Assembly (NCBI GenBank): GCA_000320545.1
Contig: ADNK01000002.1
Span: 186,001-250,000, forward strand
Length of the DNA: 64,000 bases
Source: Bigelowiella natans CCMP2755
Taxonomy: Eukaryota; Protista; Cercozoa
Direction: 5' to 3'
Position 1 is the first letter of the stretch, and the number at the start of each line of letters is the position of its first letter. The notes under the pieces are model-generated. The model made no database searches and was not told where the DNA came from. It saw only the letters and a list, made by a program, of their open reading frames with translations. Below, piece by piece: positions 1 through 12,517 of this stretch. A program made the position numbers and the translations under genes.

Positions 1-31
1 AGTCGTAGTAAAAAAATAACATTTACATTAA

Positions 32-688
32 ATGGCGCTCTACGCCGGAATCAACTTGCGGCTGGTTCTTGCATTTTTCCTCGTGTCCTGCTGGTGAGCT
101 ATGTTCATTCTTCGAGCGCTCCTGTGTAGATTGACTGATTGAAGTGCATCGCATTAGTGTTGTACTGGAAGAATTCCATTATAAAGCGTTATCAACAGCG
201 CTGGTGTTGGCAACAACCGAGTCTCCACATACCCCACAACAACGACGACTGGCCGCAGGCAGAAGGCTTCAAAAAATGCGTACGTTGGACTGCTAAGATC
301 AATGAACAGTCCAATCATATTACTTATCGGTGGTGGTGTTCTTCTGGCTCGCCCTACATACATACATACTACTTAGGCCGTGCTTTAACATTAAGACGAG
401 GTGTAACATCGAACCTAAACCGAATCCGTGGAGGTAGCTGCATCGCACCATCCTCCTCACTGAGCGGCGGCTGTTTTAGTGGGCGCAGATACTTACATCG
501 CACTTCTTCCGCTCTGAAGGCTGCCGAGGCAGGCGATTCTATGACTGGAACCATTGATGTAGGGCCACCCCACAAACGAATATGTTTGACCCACACAAAG
601 CAGCTACGTATGTTTTTACATTGAAATGCAGATCGAACTTCATTCCAAAGTTTTTAGCCCTCTCCAGAGAATATGTATATTCTGTTGA

Positions 689-728
<40 letters not shown>

Positions 729-2221
729 TGGTTATGATTATTGCTACAGGTGCGTGTGGCAACGTATAACGTGTTGTCGTCGTCGCTGTGCGAGCCCGAT
801 TATTTCACAAGCTGTAAGCCTGAAAACTTGGACCCCGAGAAACGTTTGCCAAGAATCTACTCCCAATTGGAGGAAGAGATCAGAAATGAGGCAATCATTT
901 GCTTACAAGAGGTAATATACGGAGTCTAGGGGCATTTGCAGAAGTACGGTTGTACCTAAAAGCCACAATCTCAACGAATCTGCTCTTACCTTTTCTATGT
1001 CTTCCACTGGATGTGGTGTCGTTTGCTCAATTTGTTGCCAGATTTCGATGAGTTGGGCTGGTCCTATGCACGCTTTCTTCCACCAGAGAGGGTAAAATTA
1101 GAACTTTTCTCGTCATACTGAACAAGAAAGAAGACAAAGCATTGCAGCAGTAGATAACAACAATCAGGGATATCGCATAGTATTTTATCTTAAACGGGTC
1201 GATGGTTTTCCTCCTGATGTAGAACCTAAACGCTTTCGCTGAGGAGATATCAACTTTCACTCACATTGTGCCCATGATATGTCGAGCACTTTGGCGTCCA
1301 TACTCAGAAAAGACTGACATTGAAATCCCTATTAAACAGATATCATCTGGTTTTATCATTATACGGTGGTTCTAGGAATGGATACATGGGGTTTGTCAAT
1401 TTCCCATCAAAGAAATTTGGTGCTTTATTGTCAAACGCATATTAACAACCAAGTAGTCGCTTTATATATTGAAATACAAGTTTAGTATTATTCATCCACA
1501 CATGCTGTCTCAGGCATTGTTTTGTATCATGTGTGAGTGCTGCTTATTTTTCTTCATTTTCTTCTTAGAATTGGGCTCGCGTTCCCTTCAGATCGATTCG
1601 AGTCAGAGATGGTGAGACGAGCAACGAGAGAAAGAGGGAAACGGGTTGCGCAAAGGGAATTGCTTGGGAATCATTTTTTTTTAAAGTGGCCGAAAACATG
1701 TGGACTCTTTATTTTCCTCGCGCGACAAAGACTTTTTCAGTGTGGGCGCTGAGTAGTGCCACCAAACATTGCTCTAGTAGGAAGCCCGTCGTGAGAGATT
1801 TTACAGTGTTGTGTTGTGTTGGTCAAAACGACAATTGTGCTGATTGTTTCCCTGAACAAGCGTAGCGGCCATTGCAATAAGATAATGATCTAACGATAAA
1901 GGTTACGAAAACACTGAGGGTAACGATGATTTTATCTGCTTTTGACCAAAAACTGTAGATTGACATCAAACGCTTGAGCGATGCTTTCGAGCTGCCACGC
2001 TCGCCGGAGCCTGGTCTCCGAGCACGTGTTCAGAGTTATCTAGGCACCGTAGCAAGCCCCTTCGTTTCTTTCGCCAGGAAAGTGGGACTCCCCACCCCAC
2101 GTCAGCGAAGACGAGAGAAAGACGAGTGGTATGTCTATAGTTATTCACATTATTATTACGTGTGCGCAACAAAATGTTTGTCGTGTGTTTTTGCGTGTGT
2201 GTCCATATATGTATATAAATA

Positions 2222-2255
<34 letters not shown>

Positions 2256-2278
2256 TATTTAGATGCAAAAAGTGTAAT

Positions 2279-2325
<47 letters not shown>

Positions 2326-2840
2326 GTGTGTGTGTGTGTGTGCGCGCGCGCGCGCGTATGTGTGCCTCTCTCTTTTTCGCCTTACTCCTCTTTATTCTGT
2401 CTGTCTTCCTCATATTATTCCAGGGAGTCTAGTCGTCGTCAAAACACACTGGTGTTCGCCCGCCTTCGCGACCGCACAACCGGCGCTCCTTTTGCCGTCG
2501 CGACGTATCACATGCCTTGTGCATACTTCGCCCCCAGGGTAAGAATCTGGGATTGATTTGAGGAAAATAACTGCGAAAATACAGATCTGTGCATATTATG
2601 GAACTCCCTGACGTTTGTGCTTTACGTTTCCTTCTTGTCCTCCTATCCCCGCCCGCCTCCTCCTCCTAGGTGATGACTCTGCATGCGGCAATGGCGGTCA
2701 CTCGAGTGAGCCGGTTAGCGGCAGGGCTTCCGATGGTGTTGGCAGGCGATTTCAACCTGATACCGGGATCAGAGCCTTATCGCCTCATCACGGAGGGAGA
2801 GCTGCCCAAGGACGATGCTGAAGTTGTAAATATATATATA

Positions 2841-2875
<35 letters not shown>

Positions 2876-3966
2876 TGTATAACTGTGTGTGTGTGTGTGT
2901 GTGTGTATCTGGTCGTGTGCAATGTTTCTACTTAATTTATAATTCTGATTTGAGAACAGTGAGCAAGCTGTTAGTCCCTCTTCTCTTCGCAACAAGACAA
3001 CGGTGATGACGATAAATTTGCATACACTTTCAGAATCTGTTTACACCAGTACCTCCAAAGAACACCCCAAGGGCCGAGGAAGTCAAGGCCCTCTGGGAGG
3101 TTATAGTGATAAATAAAGCCATGGTGCATTCATGCAACTGGATTTCGAAACCATAAGCGAAAACGTCGATGCTTTTTGTCTTGCGCGACACAGCCAATTG
3201 GCGATTTCGCAGGATAGTTATTCTCTGCGATTTGGGATTTACCTGCACAGCAACGAAGAAACAGTTGGAATTTTGGCTTCAGATTCTTTCATGTGCTTCC
3301 GACAGAGGCGATGATGATGCAATCGGAGTCTTTTTACAATCATGATGCTGGTACTTTCCCCATCCCCAATAGGCAATCCCAGACAAGTTCAACAGCGCTT
3401 ATAAAGAGGTGGGCTAATAACTTGTATAACTAGTGATGGCAACATTGCCAACAACAAGAGCAGCCAAGTTGCAGCCCCTCAATGAAAAATAAACTCTACT
3501 ATTTCATGCATAAGGAAAGAGATGGCATTCACAAATCGTGGTTTTTCTTGGCCTATCGCGCAACCGAGATGTCGTCACATTATTGTCATTCCATCATCTT
3601 TCAGGTTTTGGGGGAAGAGCCAGCTTTTACCAACTATGCTGAGACCAGGGGTGCACCTGTGTTCATCGAAACTCTGGACTACATCTTCGTATCACCGGAG
3701 GTACAGTGGGAGTAGTCGCAGCAGTGGTTGTCGTTGTAGCTGTTGTCGATGAAGTATCCATACTTGTCGTCGTCAGTGTTTCAGAGTTGTTGCCGAATTA
3801 TGACCCAGACTTCTTATTGAAATGCGTATTTTAATAGATAAAAACCTTGGAGATTCGCAACCTTCCCACTAAGGAGGAAGCCTCTGGCCCATATCCAACA
3901 GAAGCCGAACCATCGGATCATGCGATGCTGGCAGCCACTCTGCGGATACCGGCGAAACTTGATTAA
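32..3966 (+). CDS. CCR4/nocturnin/Angel-like endonuclease-exonuclease-phosphatase (EEP) family protein with bipartite N-terminal leader; multi-exon
   Basis: Spliced exons give the EEP motifs VRVATYNVL (750), IICLQE, ATYHMP, LAGDFN (~2740), TLDYIFVS (~3675) and PSDH (3910), with stop TAA at 3964-3966. The 5' exons 32-93, 158-279 and 377-558 join in phase to give a hydrophobic stretch followed by an Arg/Ser-rich leader. The 5' exon model is less certain than the core. Confidence 0.9.
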
Positions 3967-4958
3967 AATTGAATTAGATGAAGTTTACACCAGATGTAAC
4001 ACGTTGTTAGAGTTTTGATCGATGCATATCGAGGATCACGGTATGTCACACAAGTATACGTGTGGCAAGCGGTTCTACATAGTACGTCTAGACATGCACA
4101 ACGCCTGTTCCGTTTCTCCTGATTCCATTCACCACATCAAAACAAATGGCAGCGTAGCAGCAAGTATCTATCATATATGAGACGGATGTATAATGAAGGT
4201 TTGAATTTTTTCAATTGTCATCCTAGTGTAGTTATGCAAGGCGGCTAAGGTGCTTATATTGTATCTGTTTGTTTCCGCTATCATGTATATATCCTCTTAT
4301 TAAAAGAATGCATGTTGTTATGTGCATTGAGCGCAGCACCATCACATATATACATATATATGGGAGGCTCCTTATTTGACGTATATGCCACGCTAGCACG
4401 CTGTATGCCGGCATAATGCACACATAGCGTCGTAGACACCCGAGCCTGCTGCACACATGCACTCGCTCTTAAGGTAGTCACATCATCAGGATCCCATGCG
4501 TCTATACTGTATCATATGGCCATCATAGCAGAAACGAACAAATACAAGCTTAAGCCCCGCATCTCGCTCATCTACTTATTTCTGTAGTCTCTTGTACGCG
4601 AATAACGATAGTGAGTGCACTTTGCACATGCGAGCGCGCTAGCTATGCCCACGAAAAAACATAAGACGGGCATGTAATGAATTTGTTAAAATTTTCCAAC
4701 TGTCATCCTAATGTAGCAATGCAAAGCTGCGACTTGAGTGCAATAATAACCGAATTGAGCACTGTGTGCGTGTGTCTCCCGACATCTTGCATGCATACGT
4801 ACGTAGCAGCACGCACGATATTTACCCTGCTTTGTTCGTTGCTGGCTATATTAAGTTCATCATTCAATAGGCGAAATTCTGGACGCACTACTATCGCCTA
4901 GTGACATATGCAGTTTAATTTGTACAAAAGGTAGTACTCTATTATTCAGTATCAAGAA

Positions 4959-6944
4959 TCAGCTAAATCTTGATTTACCAAGCTGTTTTGGAGGAAAGTG
5001 AGTGGATGCAAGTGCAGATGTGCCATCATCGCTTGAATTTCGAGGAGGTAGTCTGGCAGCGTGTAGAGGCTTCATAGGAGATACACGATTTTGTGATGAA
5101 GAGGCCCAAGGTGCCTGCCTTATGGAGCGAGGAAGCGAATACGACCGACCTTTGTGCCCAACTCTAAGATTTGGAAGCTTCACCTGCTGAGTCGACGAAG
5201 TTGATAATCTTGGATCTGTAAGAAAACAAGCTGAACATTGCATCTCCAAATATGATCCTGCTAATGAGCGATGCACTTTAAATTCTGAACAATACCTGCT
5301 ACATTTGGGAGGTTTGCAGACATTCCAGACCGGACATGAGAGCGCCTTCGCTTGGAGTCTTCTGGGCGTGGTACAAGACCAGAGAATGGCTTGCTTTGGA
5401 GACGACTGCCTGAACTCGCTCTATTACTTGCAATTTGCGTTATAGCTACAGCTGGAAGAAGTGTCCTACGCGTCGATCTTAGAACGTCGGCTCTTACCTA
5501 CGACATACGACCCGCGTTAAGTCTCATGCGTGACCTGTCGCTAGAGGTTAACACCTGAGGCATTTCTGCTAGAGGCATGAACGCGTTTCCAACAGATTTC
5601 CGATCCTATTGCGTGGATATTAATTATACGGGGCATAAATGGGTTCGGCCAGTAATCAAACTATTGTATCTAATGGTTTTATGGAAAGGAATTCGTATTT
5701 TAAAGTCTGTGCTCTCCTTGATTGTACTACTGTGCTTATTAGGTTTTTGAGTCTTGTTCTAAGACCTGTTTGCGCTCTAGTTCGGTCTCCCAGCTCGTCT
5801 CATGAGCTTCCCCATGTTTGTTACACACCACACATGCCCACGCCGATCGATACTGTATGAGTGGAAATCCATCGAAATCTGGGACGACACAGCAGATGGG
5901 AAAAAAAGGGCGCTATACCTGCGAGCACTTGCATTTCCTGCACCTTCTTGCGTAATCCGCTGTTCAAAGATATGTAAGGGTAAGAAGAACAGGCTTTTAC
6001 ATGGGGACTCATAGCATGTTATCCTTCTAATAAATTTATATCAATTAGTACCAGTGTGGTCCTCATGTGAGTGTCCACATTTGCACTTGGCTCTCCACGA
6101 ACCCAGATCGAACCCTTCACCATAGTTCTTATCATAACTCATTTTCCCTTACAACTTCAACGATTTATACCTCGTCTGCGCGGTAACCAGTACTCACCAA
6201 TTTCCTCTGAGGGAATCAGTAACCAAGTTTTTTAAACAAGAAGTGAAGGTTAGTTGCACATTATTTCTAAAAAGATATTCGTGTTGCTTGATTTAGGTTA
6301 AGTTGGAAATTTTGATCTACCAGGGGACATTGGAACCTATAATAATATTCCCATCATCAGTTACACTCTGTTGGATTTATGAAATAGTCACTGACATAGT
6401 CGAAACGTGGGCATTTACAAGATTTCTTTTTGCAATGAAATTTGTTCTTTTTCATTGATTTGGCATGCATCGAGTAGGGATGGCCACAGAAGCAGCGGGA
6501 AGTGCTTGCTACACGGGAACACAGTATCTCTGCCTGTTATTTTTACCATCATTGTATTTGTCAACTTTCATTTGTCTGATCTTTGTATCAATATAGTGGA
6601 AACCGACCCCCTTTTCATCTTTTCCGCTGCTCCAAACCACATACTGAATTCAATACAATCGAGAAATAGAGTACATTCTTAGTCTGCCATAAACGGACCA
6701 GACGAATTACTTTTACACAAACTAATAAAATTTACACATTACCGTCTTCGATGCGCAGGCTTCAGTCGCAGCAAGCCGCTCTCGCTCAACAGTCTTCTTA
6801 GATCCTGGAATATAGCAAAATAAAGTTCGCAAATTTCAAAAAGCCTCTTAATGATTTCAGGAATTGACCTTGCGAAACTCCGTAGGCTTTAATCGATGCA
6901 GAGATGTCCTAAGACGTACGCGATGCCATAAGTTCATAGTTCAT
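4959..6944 (-). CDS. FAM221: FAM221A/B-like (DUF4475) Cys/His-rich protein; many short exons, largely missed by the ORF track
   Basis: Hand-spliced minus-strand exons read YVVWSSGKDEKG / AEILCSRVASTSRCFCGHPYSMH...CKCPRFDY / VPMSP / EEIGEYWLPRRR / GFDLGSWRAKCKCGHSHEDH / RRCRKCKCSQ / YRSAWACVVCNKHGEAHETSWETELERKQ / DRKSVGNAFMPLAEMPQ. These match FAM221 motifs (SRCFCGH, PEE-GE-W, WRA-C-C-H-H-EH, HET--E---ER). The start codon at 6944 is tentative; the stop is at 4959. Confidence 0.85.
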
Positions 6945-7455
6945 GGCAGAGAATTCGTTGGCACGCGTTAGGAACCTGCAGCATTTTCGATTGGTAGCTT
7001 CACTGAGGTTTCTTTAAAGTAGGCGGCATGGAGCCTACCATAGAGCTCTCTCTCTCTCTCTCTTTGCCTTCTTTTCTACTTTCTGCTCCATTCCTCCTGC
7101 TCCCTCTTCTGCGACTCACACACACACACACACACACACACACGCCCTCTCAATGTGGCTCTGTCTGCCTAGATGCGAGTACGCCGGGAAACGGCCGCAA
7201 AACGTTTCGACGTCAAGTAAAAAGGGTGCGTTTCCTGACCTGCGACAACAAAGATGCACCTGGAAATGGCTGATCCGATAATCGATTTAGGGCAGCACGG
7301 GCATAGATATATGCCGCATAAATTTTTGACAGGATTCATCGACGGTTCGTAAAGAACAGGACCCCGGCCCCTTCCCTGCACCTCCAGACAACCGGTTCTA
7401 TTTCCACGGTCTGCGAGGGGCCTGACGACTTGTATAGAGGAAAGTCCTTATCGTC

Positions 7456-8202
7456 ATGAATTGTGGGGGTGATGGGGTGCAGTGGACCTGTGACGGTGCA
7501 AAGCTCGCAACAGTTGGGCTCCTACTTATCATGTCAAGCCCCTTTGTGCGCGGCACGGTTGATGAACGACGTCGGGGAAAAATCCCGAATCTTCTGAGGC
7601 AAGAGAGAAGCTGGAGGCTTCCCGATAGCCTTAAATATCGGTATGCAACCATAGAAAACATTGTTTTTAAGTATCCGCAGAACGTGCAATGCCGAATGCG
7701 TTAGCAGCGTCATCGTTGAGCGGAAACTAAATAGCCGCCCTTGCAAGTATTTGACATTTACCTTGTTCCTTGCGTATCGATCAGGCGTCGCAGTCATTTT
7801 AGCTCTCGACCATGTTCCTCTTTCCCGTCTTCCCCCTTCTCTTTTTCCCATCATCCAAAGTTTCTACTTCTACGTGGAGGCAGGAAGAAAAAGAAACCAA
7901 CCTCGACAGAGGCGGCGGGGACAGGAAGACTTACGGAGGGAATCAATTCAATGAGCATCCAGGAGGGTGGAGGAGAGGAGGATGGGAAAGAGCCAGAAAG
8001 AGAGCAGGGCCTAGATCCTGGCATCACTGTGGGGGGGCAATCGCGAGCAGAAACTGATACACTTAACCGCGACATATGCATTGAGAGACTGTCGTTGCAG
8101 TACCATAGCCAGGTGGCCTGTTGGTGCTGGCTTTGAATTTTCCCGATGCATGCCTTTTGATAACAACAATGAATTCATTTTAAAATATATGTATAACAAT
8201 AT

Positions 8203-8240
<38 letters not shown>

Positions 8241-8251
8241 GGACACATGTA

Positions 8252-8296
<45 letters not shown>

Positions 8297-8517
8297 TGTG
8301 CGCGTGTGTGTAAAACGTGCATGATTTATATGAACTCTCTTGGCTCTGATACTGCTGTTTCGTTGGTTATCTCCTGCTTTTCCTCGTCTACTAATATACA
8401 GCTCTTGCTTGACGACACCACGCTGACCCTAAACCACGGCAATCGTTACGGTCTCGTCGGAAAGTGCGTGATATTACTCATCAACCTATGGGGGAGCAAA
8501 TAGTAGTAGTAGTAGTG

Positions 8518-8557
<40 letters not shown>

Positions 8558-8966
8558 AAGATTTCAAAACATACAACTCGCTGTGGATGTACTTATGCAT
8601 TGCTCTCACTAAGCAACAGCGTTTGGACATCATTATCATCATTCTCACCATCATCATCACCCATCATCACTACCATTAGAAATGGATGCGGGAAAAGCGT
8701 GCTCCTCCACACGCTCGCGAACAATGCATTTAAGCTGCCAAAGGGGATGTCACTCTACCATCTTAGAAAGGTAAGAGCTGCTATCGCTTGTGGATAATAG
8801 CAGTAGCGGAAGCAGGAGGGAGGGTAGAGGGGGTAATCCTCATCATCATTATCGTCATCACAATCCTAAATCATTATCACCCAAAGTAGCTTTCCTTCCC
8901 CGTTGTCGCAGGAATAGTTATTATTGTGCCTTATTATAATTTATGCATCTCATGGTGTTCTGCCTT

Positions 8967-9009
<43 letters not shown>

Positions 9010-9199
9010 GCTGCTACATTACAGGAAATGGACCCCTCCGACAACTCCGCTCTAGAGGCGGTGATGGAAGTCGATCCTCTCGAGAAGGAAAAAGTCGAGG
9101 TAGTACAAGTAGATGTAGTAGTAGTAGTAGTAGTAGTAGTAGCTGGCCATTTAGCAAGGACTTAGCAATCTTGATGGTGACTGATTGTGATGATGATTG

Positions 9200-9233
<34 letters not shown>

Positions 9234-9294
9234 ATGCTACATAAAGGAAGAAGTGAACAGTAACTTGTTTGGGGGTCTTTGCCTTCGCTTGCCG

Positions 9295-9343
<49 letters not shown>

Positions 9344-9502
9344 GATTTTTAGGCTCGGATCAGAGAGCTCGAGGACATGCGTGGGGATGGGGGTAACAAT
9401 GCAGACGGAGAAGGAGACGAGGAGGTTGTAGGACATGTGAGATAGATTGATTCGTCGATGCTGCCTTATCGTTTCATTCGTTGACTGCTGTGTGTATGCA
9501 TG

Positions 9503-9542
<40 letters not shown>

Positions 9543-9827
9543 GTAGGGCATGGATGAGGAGGAGCTTGAGGAGAAGATTGCCGAGTACGTTTTCGCATCC
9601 CATGGAACATAGTCATCAGCATGCTTATATTGCTGCTCATGAGAACCATGTACGATGACAGTATTAGCTAAGCTCCTGCATCTTGTTTTCTCGTCATCCT
9701 ATGTGAAGTTATCTTCTCCCTCCTCCTCCTCCTTCTTCGCATAGGGCATACGAGGCATTGGATAAATTTGACATGGATGAGTCCAAGCCGCGAGCCATTA
9801 GGATACTTACCGGTAGGTCATGTATTC

Positions 9828-9879
<52 letters not shown>

Positions 9880-10855
9880 TGTGTTTGTGTGTGACACCCT
9901 CATTATGCTATCAATCGATGACCTAAAATGCCCATCTTCTCCCCCCCCCCTCTACAAAGGACTCGGGTTTTCAGACTCAATGTTGCACAAGAAGTAATTA
10001 CGCACAGAATGGAATATGAAATATCTGTCTTTGATCATATCATTTATTTCTTCTTAATGCTCTTCATAGCGTTGGGTACAGAATATATCTTATGTGCAGC
10101 GGGGAATGATGCATATGGCGTTTGATAATTGAATTGAAGATTGTCCATCTTGCTGCTGCTGCTGCTGCTGTCTTCTGCCATTAACCCCCTCCTGCCCCTC
10201 TTAATAAGGACAAAAGAGTACAGTGGTGGATGGCGTATGCGTATCGCGCTGGCACGCGCACTGTTTCTAGAACCTGATATCTTGCTGCTAGATGAGCCTA
10301 CAAACCATCTTGACATGGAATCTGTCGTATGGCTGGAGCAATACTTGGCACGGTCAAGAACGTGTGTGTGTGTGTGTGTGTGTTGCGTGTGATTATATGT
10401 GACGTGGTTTGAGTGCAAGTATGTGTGCTGATTACTATTTCCTAAATTTGAAAGGTGGGACAAGATCCTCCTCTTGGTCTCGCACTCGCAGGACTTCATG
10501 AATGGCGTATGCACGCACATGGTAAGGAGGAGGAGGAGGAGGAGGAGGAGGAGGAAACAACCCAATATTAAATTGAAATGAAATTCGATGCAGTGAAAGG
10601 GTACATAGTCGGTGATGCTGACTGCCTTAAAACAATGTTAGCTTTTACCTTTAGACTTGCTCCATCTGCTTTCAAACCTCGCCTTCAGATTCGTGTCACG
10701 GACAGGCAGCTCGTCTACTACACAGGAAACTATGATCAGTAAGATACTATATGCACAATGCAGCCGCAAAGATTATCATAAAATCATAATGATGATGATG
10801 AGGATGCTGAGGATGCTCATGATGGGAATTGTTTTAAATAAGTAAAAAACCACCT

Positions 10856-10895
<40 letters not shown>

Positions 10896-11581
10896 TCTAT
10901 TAGATACGCTCAAACGAGAAAGGAGGCCGACATTCAGCAGCAGAAGAAATACGAGGCAGAGCAAAAGGACATCCAGCAGCTCAAGGTCTGCGGTAGTATG
11001 GTGTATGTGGGGTTTGCAAGCGGGATGGAGACTTCTGACCAAAACGGACTTGTGAATCTTTGTTTCGAAATCAACAAACATAGGACTTCGTCGCCAAATT
11101 TGGCCACGGCACAAAGAAACTAGCTCAGCAGGGCAAGAGCAGGGAGAAGATCCTAAACCGAAAACTGGAAGCTGGTCTCACCGCTGCTGTCGTCTACGAA
11201 CACCAAACGCAGTTCCAATTCAGGTTGTTATTTGCGCTGACGGAAGTAGAGGGAAATAGAGAAGGGAGAATAAGAGAACAACATTGAGAGAAGAGGAGGG
11301 ACGCCTTTTCACAAAGGAAATCGATGTTCTACATGGATGCTTCACGTGGTTCGTAATTTCAACAATTTTATTTGAAACATTACATATCTCTATAATGCAG
11401 TGACCCGGGGCAGCAGCTCACCCCCATGCTAACGCTAGAGGAGGTATCGTTCGGATATTCCCCCGACAAAATTCTATATAAAAGTGTCGACATCGGCTTC
11501 GACATGAAGACACGGCTCGCGCTTCTAGGGCCCAACGGCGCTGGTATAGTTCTCTTTCCGAAAAGCAGAAGTTGTTTGGAG

Positions 11582-11627
<46 letters not shown>

Positions 11628-11951
11628 TGGAGCCTATGTTAGAAAAATAATAATAACCATAATGTTGGCAGTGCTACCTACCATGGCGACTGCATTCGTA
11701 GCAGAAAGAGAGGGAGGGGTGGGGACAGAGATGTGTGCGTGCGTGCGTGTATGTGTGTGCGTGTGTGCGTGTGTGCGTGTGTGTTTCAGTGAAAGAGACA
11801 GAGAAATATATGACGAGCAGAAGAACTGATACTACTCGTTGCTCTCTTTACTGGCGCTATCAGGGAAATCAACACTGCTGAAGCTGATGACAGGCGAACT
11901 CAAGCCATTAGCTGGCAAAGTTGGGGTTCGAATACTCTCACACACCACACG

Positions 11952-11987
<36 letters not shown>

Positions 11988-12517
11988 CACACATGCACAC
12001 GCACAGTTGTCTCATTTCCACCGGTGTTCAGATAAACCCCCGACTACGCGTATCGAAGTTCACGCAGCACTTTGAGGACGTGCTCTCTCCCCTAGAACAG
12101 TCGGCCCTCGACTTTATGGCTGCAACGTACACGCAGCGGAAACGCGAAGACCTGAGGCGTTTTCTTGGAAAATTCGGTATTACCGGAGAGATACAAACTG
12201 CTCCTATGAAGCTGTTGAGCGAGGGTCAGAAGGCACGGATAGTGTTTGCGAAGCTGGCACTAGACACCCCGCATCTCTTGCTATTGGACGAGCCGACAAA
12301 CGCACTGGACATGGAGAGCATCGATGCGCTGGCGAAGGCTCTGCAGGAGTTCAAGGGCGCCGTGGTCCTAGTGTCGCACGACATGCGGCTGATATCGCAG
12401 GTAGCAAAGGAAATCCTCGTCGTCGATAATGGTCAAGTTAAGCCGTACGAAGGGACGATTATGGACTTCAAGCGCGCTCTTCAGAAACGTTTGGGCATTA
12501 CTAGCCGAGAAGCGTAG
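7456..12517 (+). CDS. ABCF2: ABC-F family ATPase (ABCF2/Arb1-like) with predicted bipartite leader; ~16 exons
   Basis: Two NBDs and no TM domain. NBD1: [42 protein letters not shown]. Linker: [21 protein letters not shown], an ABCF2-type motif. NBD2: [32 protein letters not shown]. Stop TAG at 12515-12517. First exon 7456-7640 joins 7785 in phase 2. Confidence 0.93.

Noticed and set aside
6868-6980. Stop-codon reassignment or pseudogene, suggested by an in-frame TAG in the FAM221 5' region
   Set aside because: The TAG falls within a plausible short GT-AG intron, and genes in the window end normally in TAA, TAG and TGA.
9014-9649. Long ORFs full of THTH, ERER, YIYI or poly-S/V/L (also 8081-8503, 42798-43163, 44515-44820)
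   Set aside because: They are translations of intronic microsatellites or antisense shadows of real exons.
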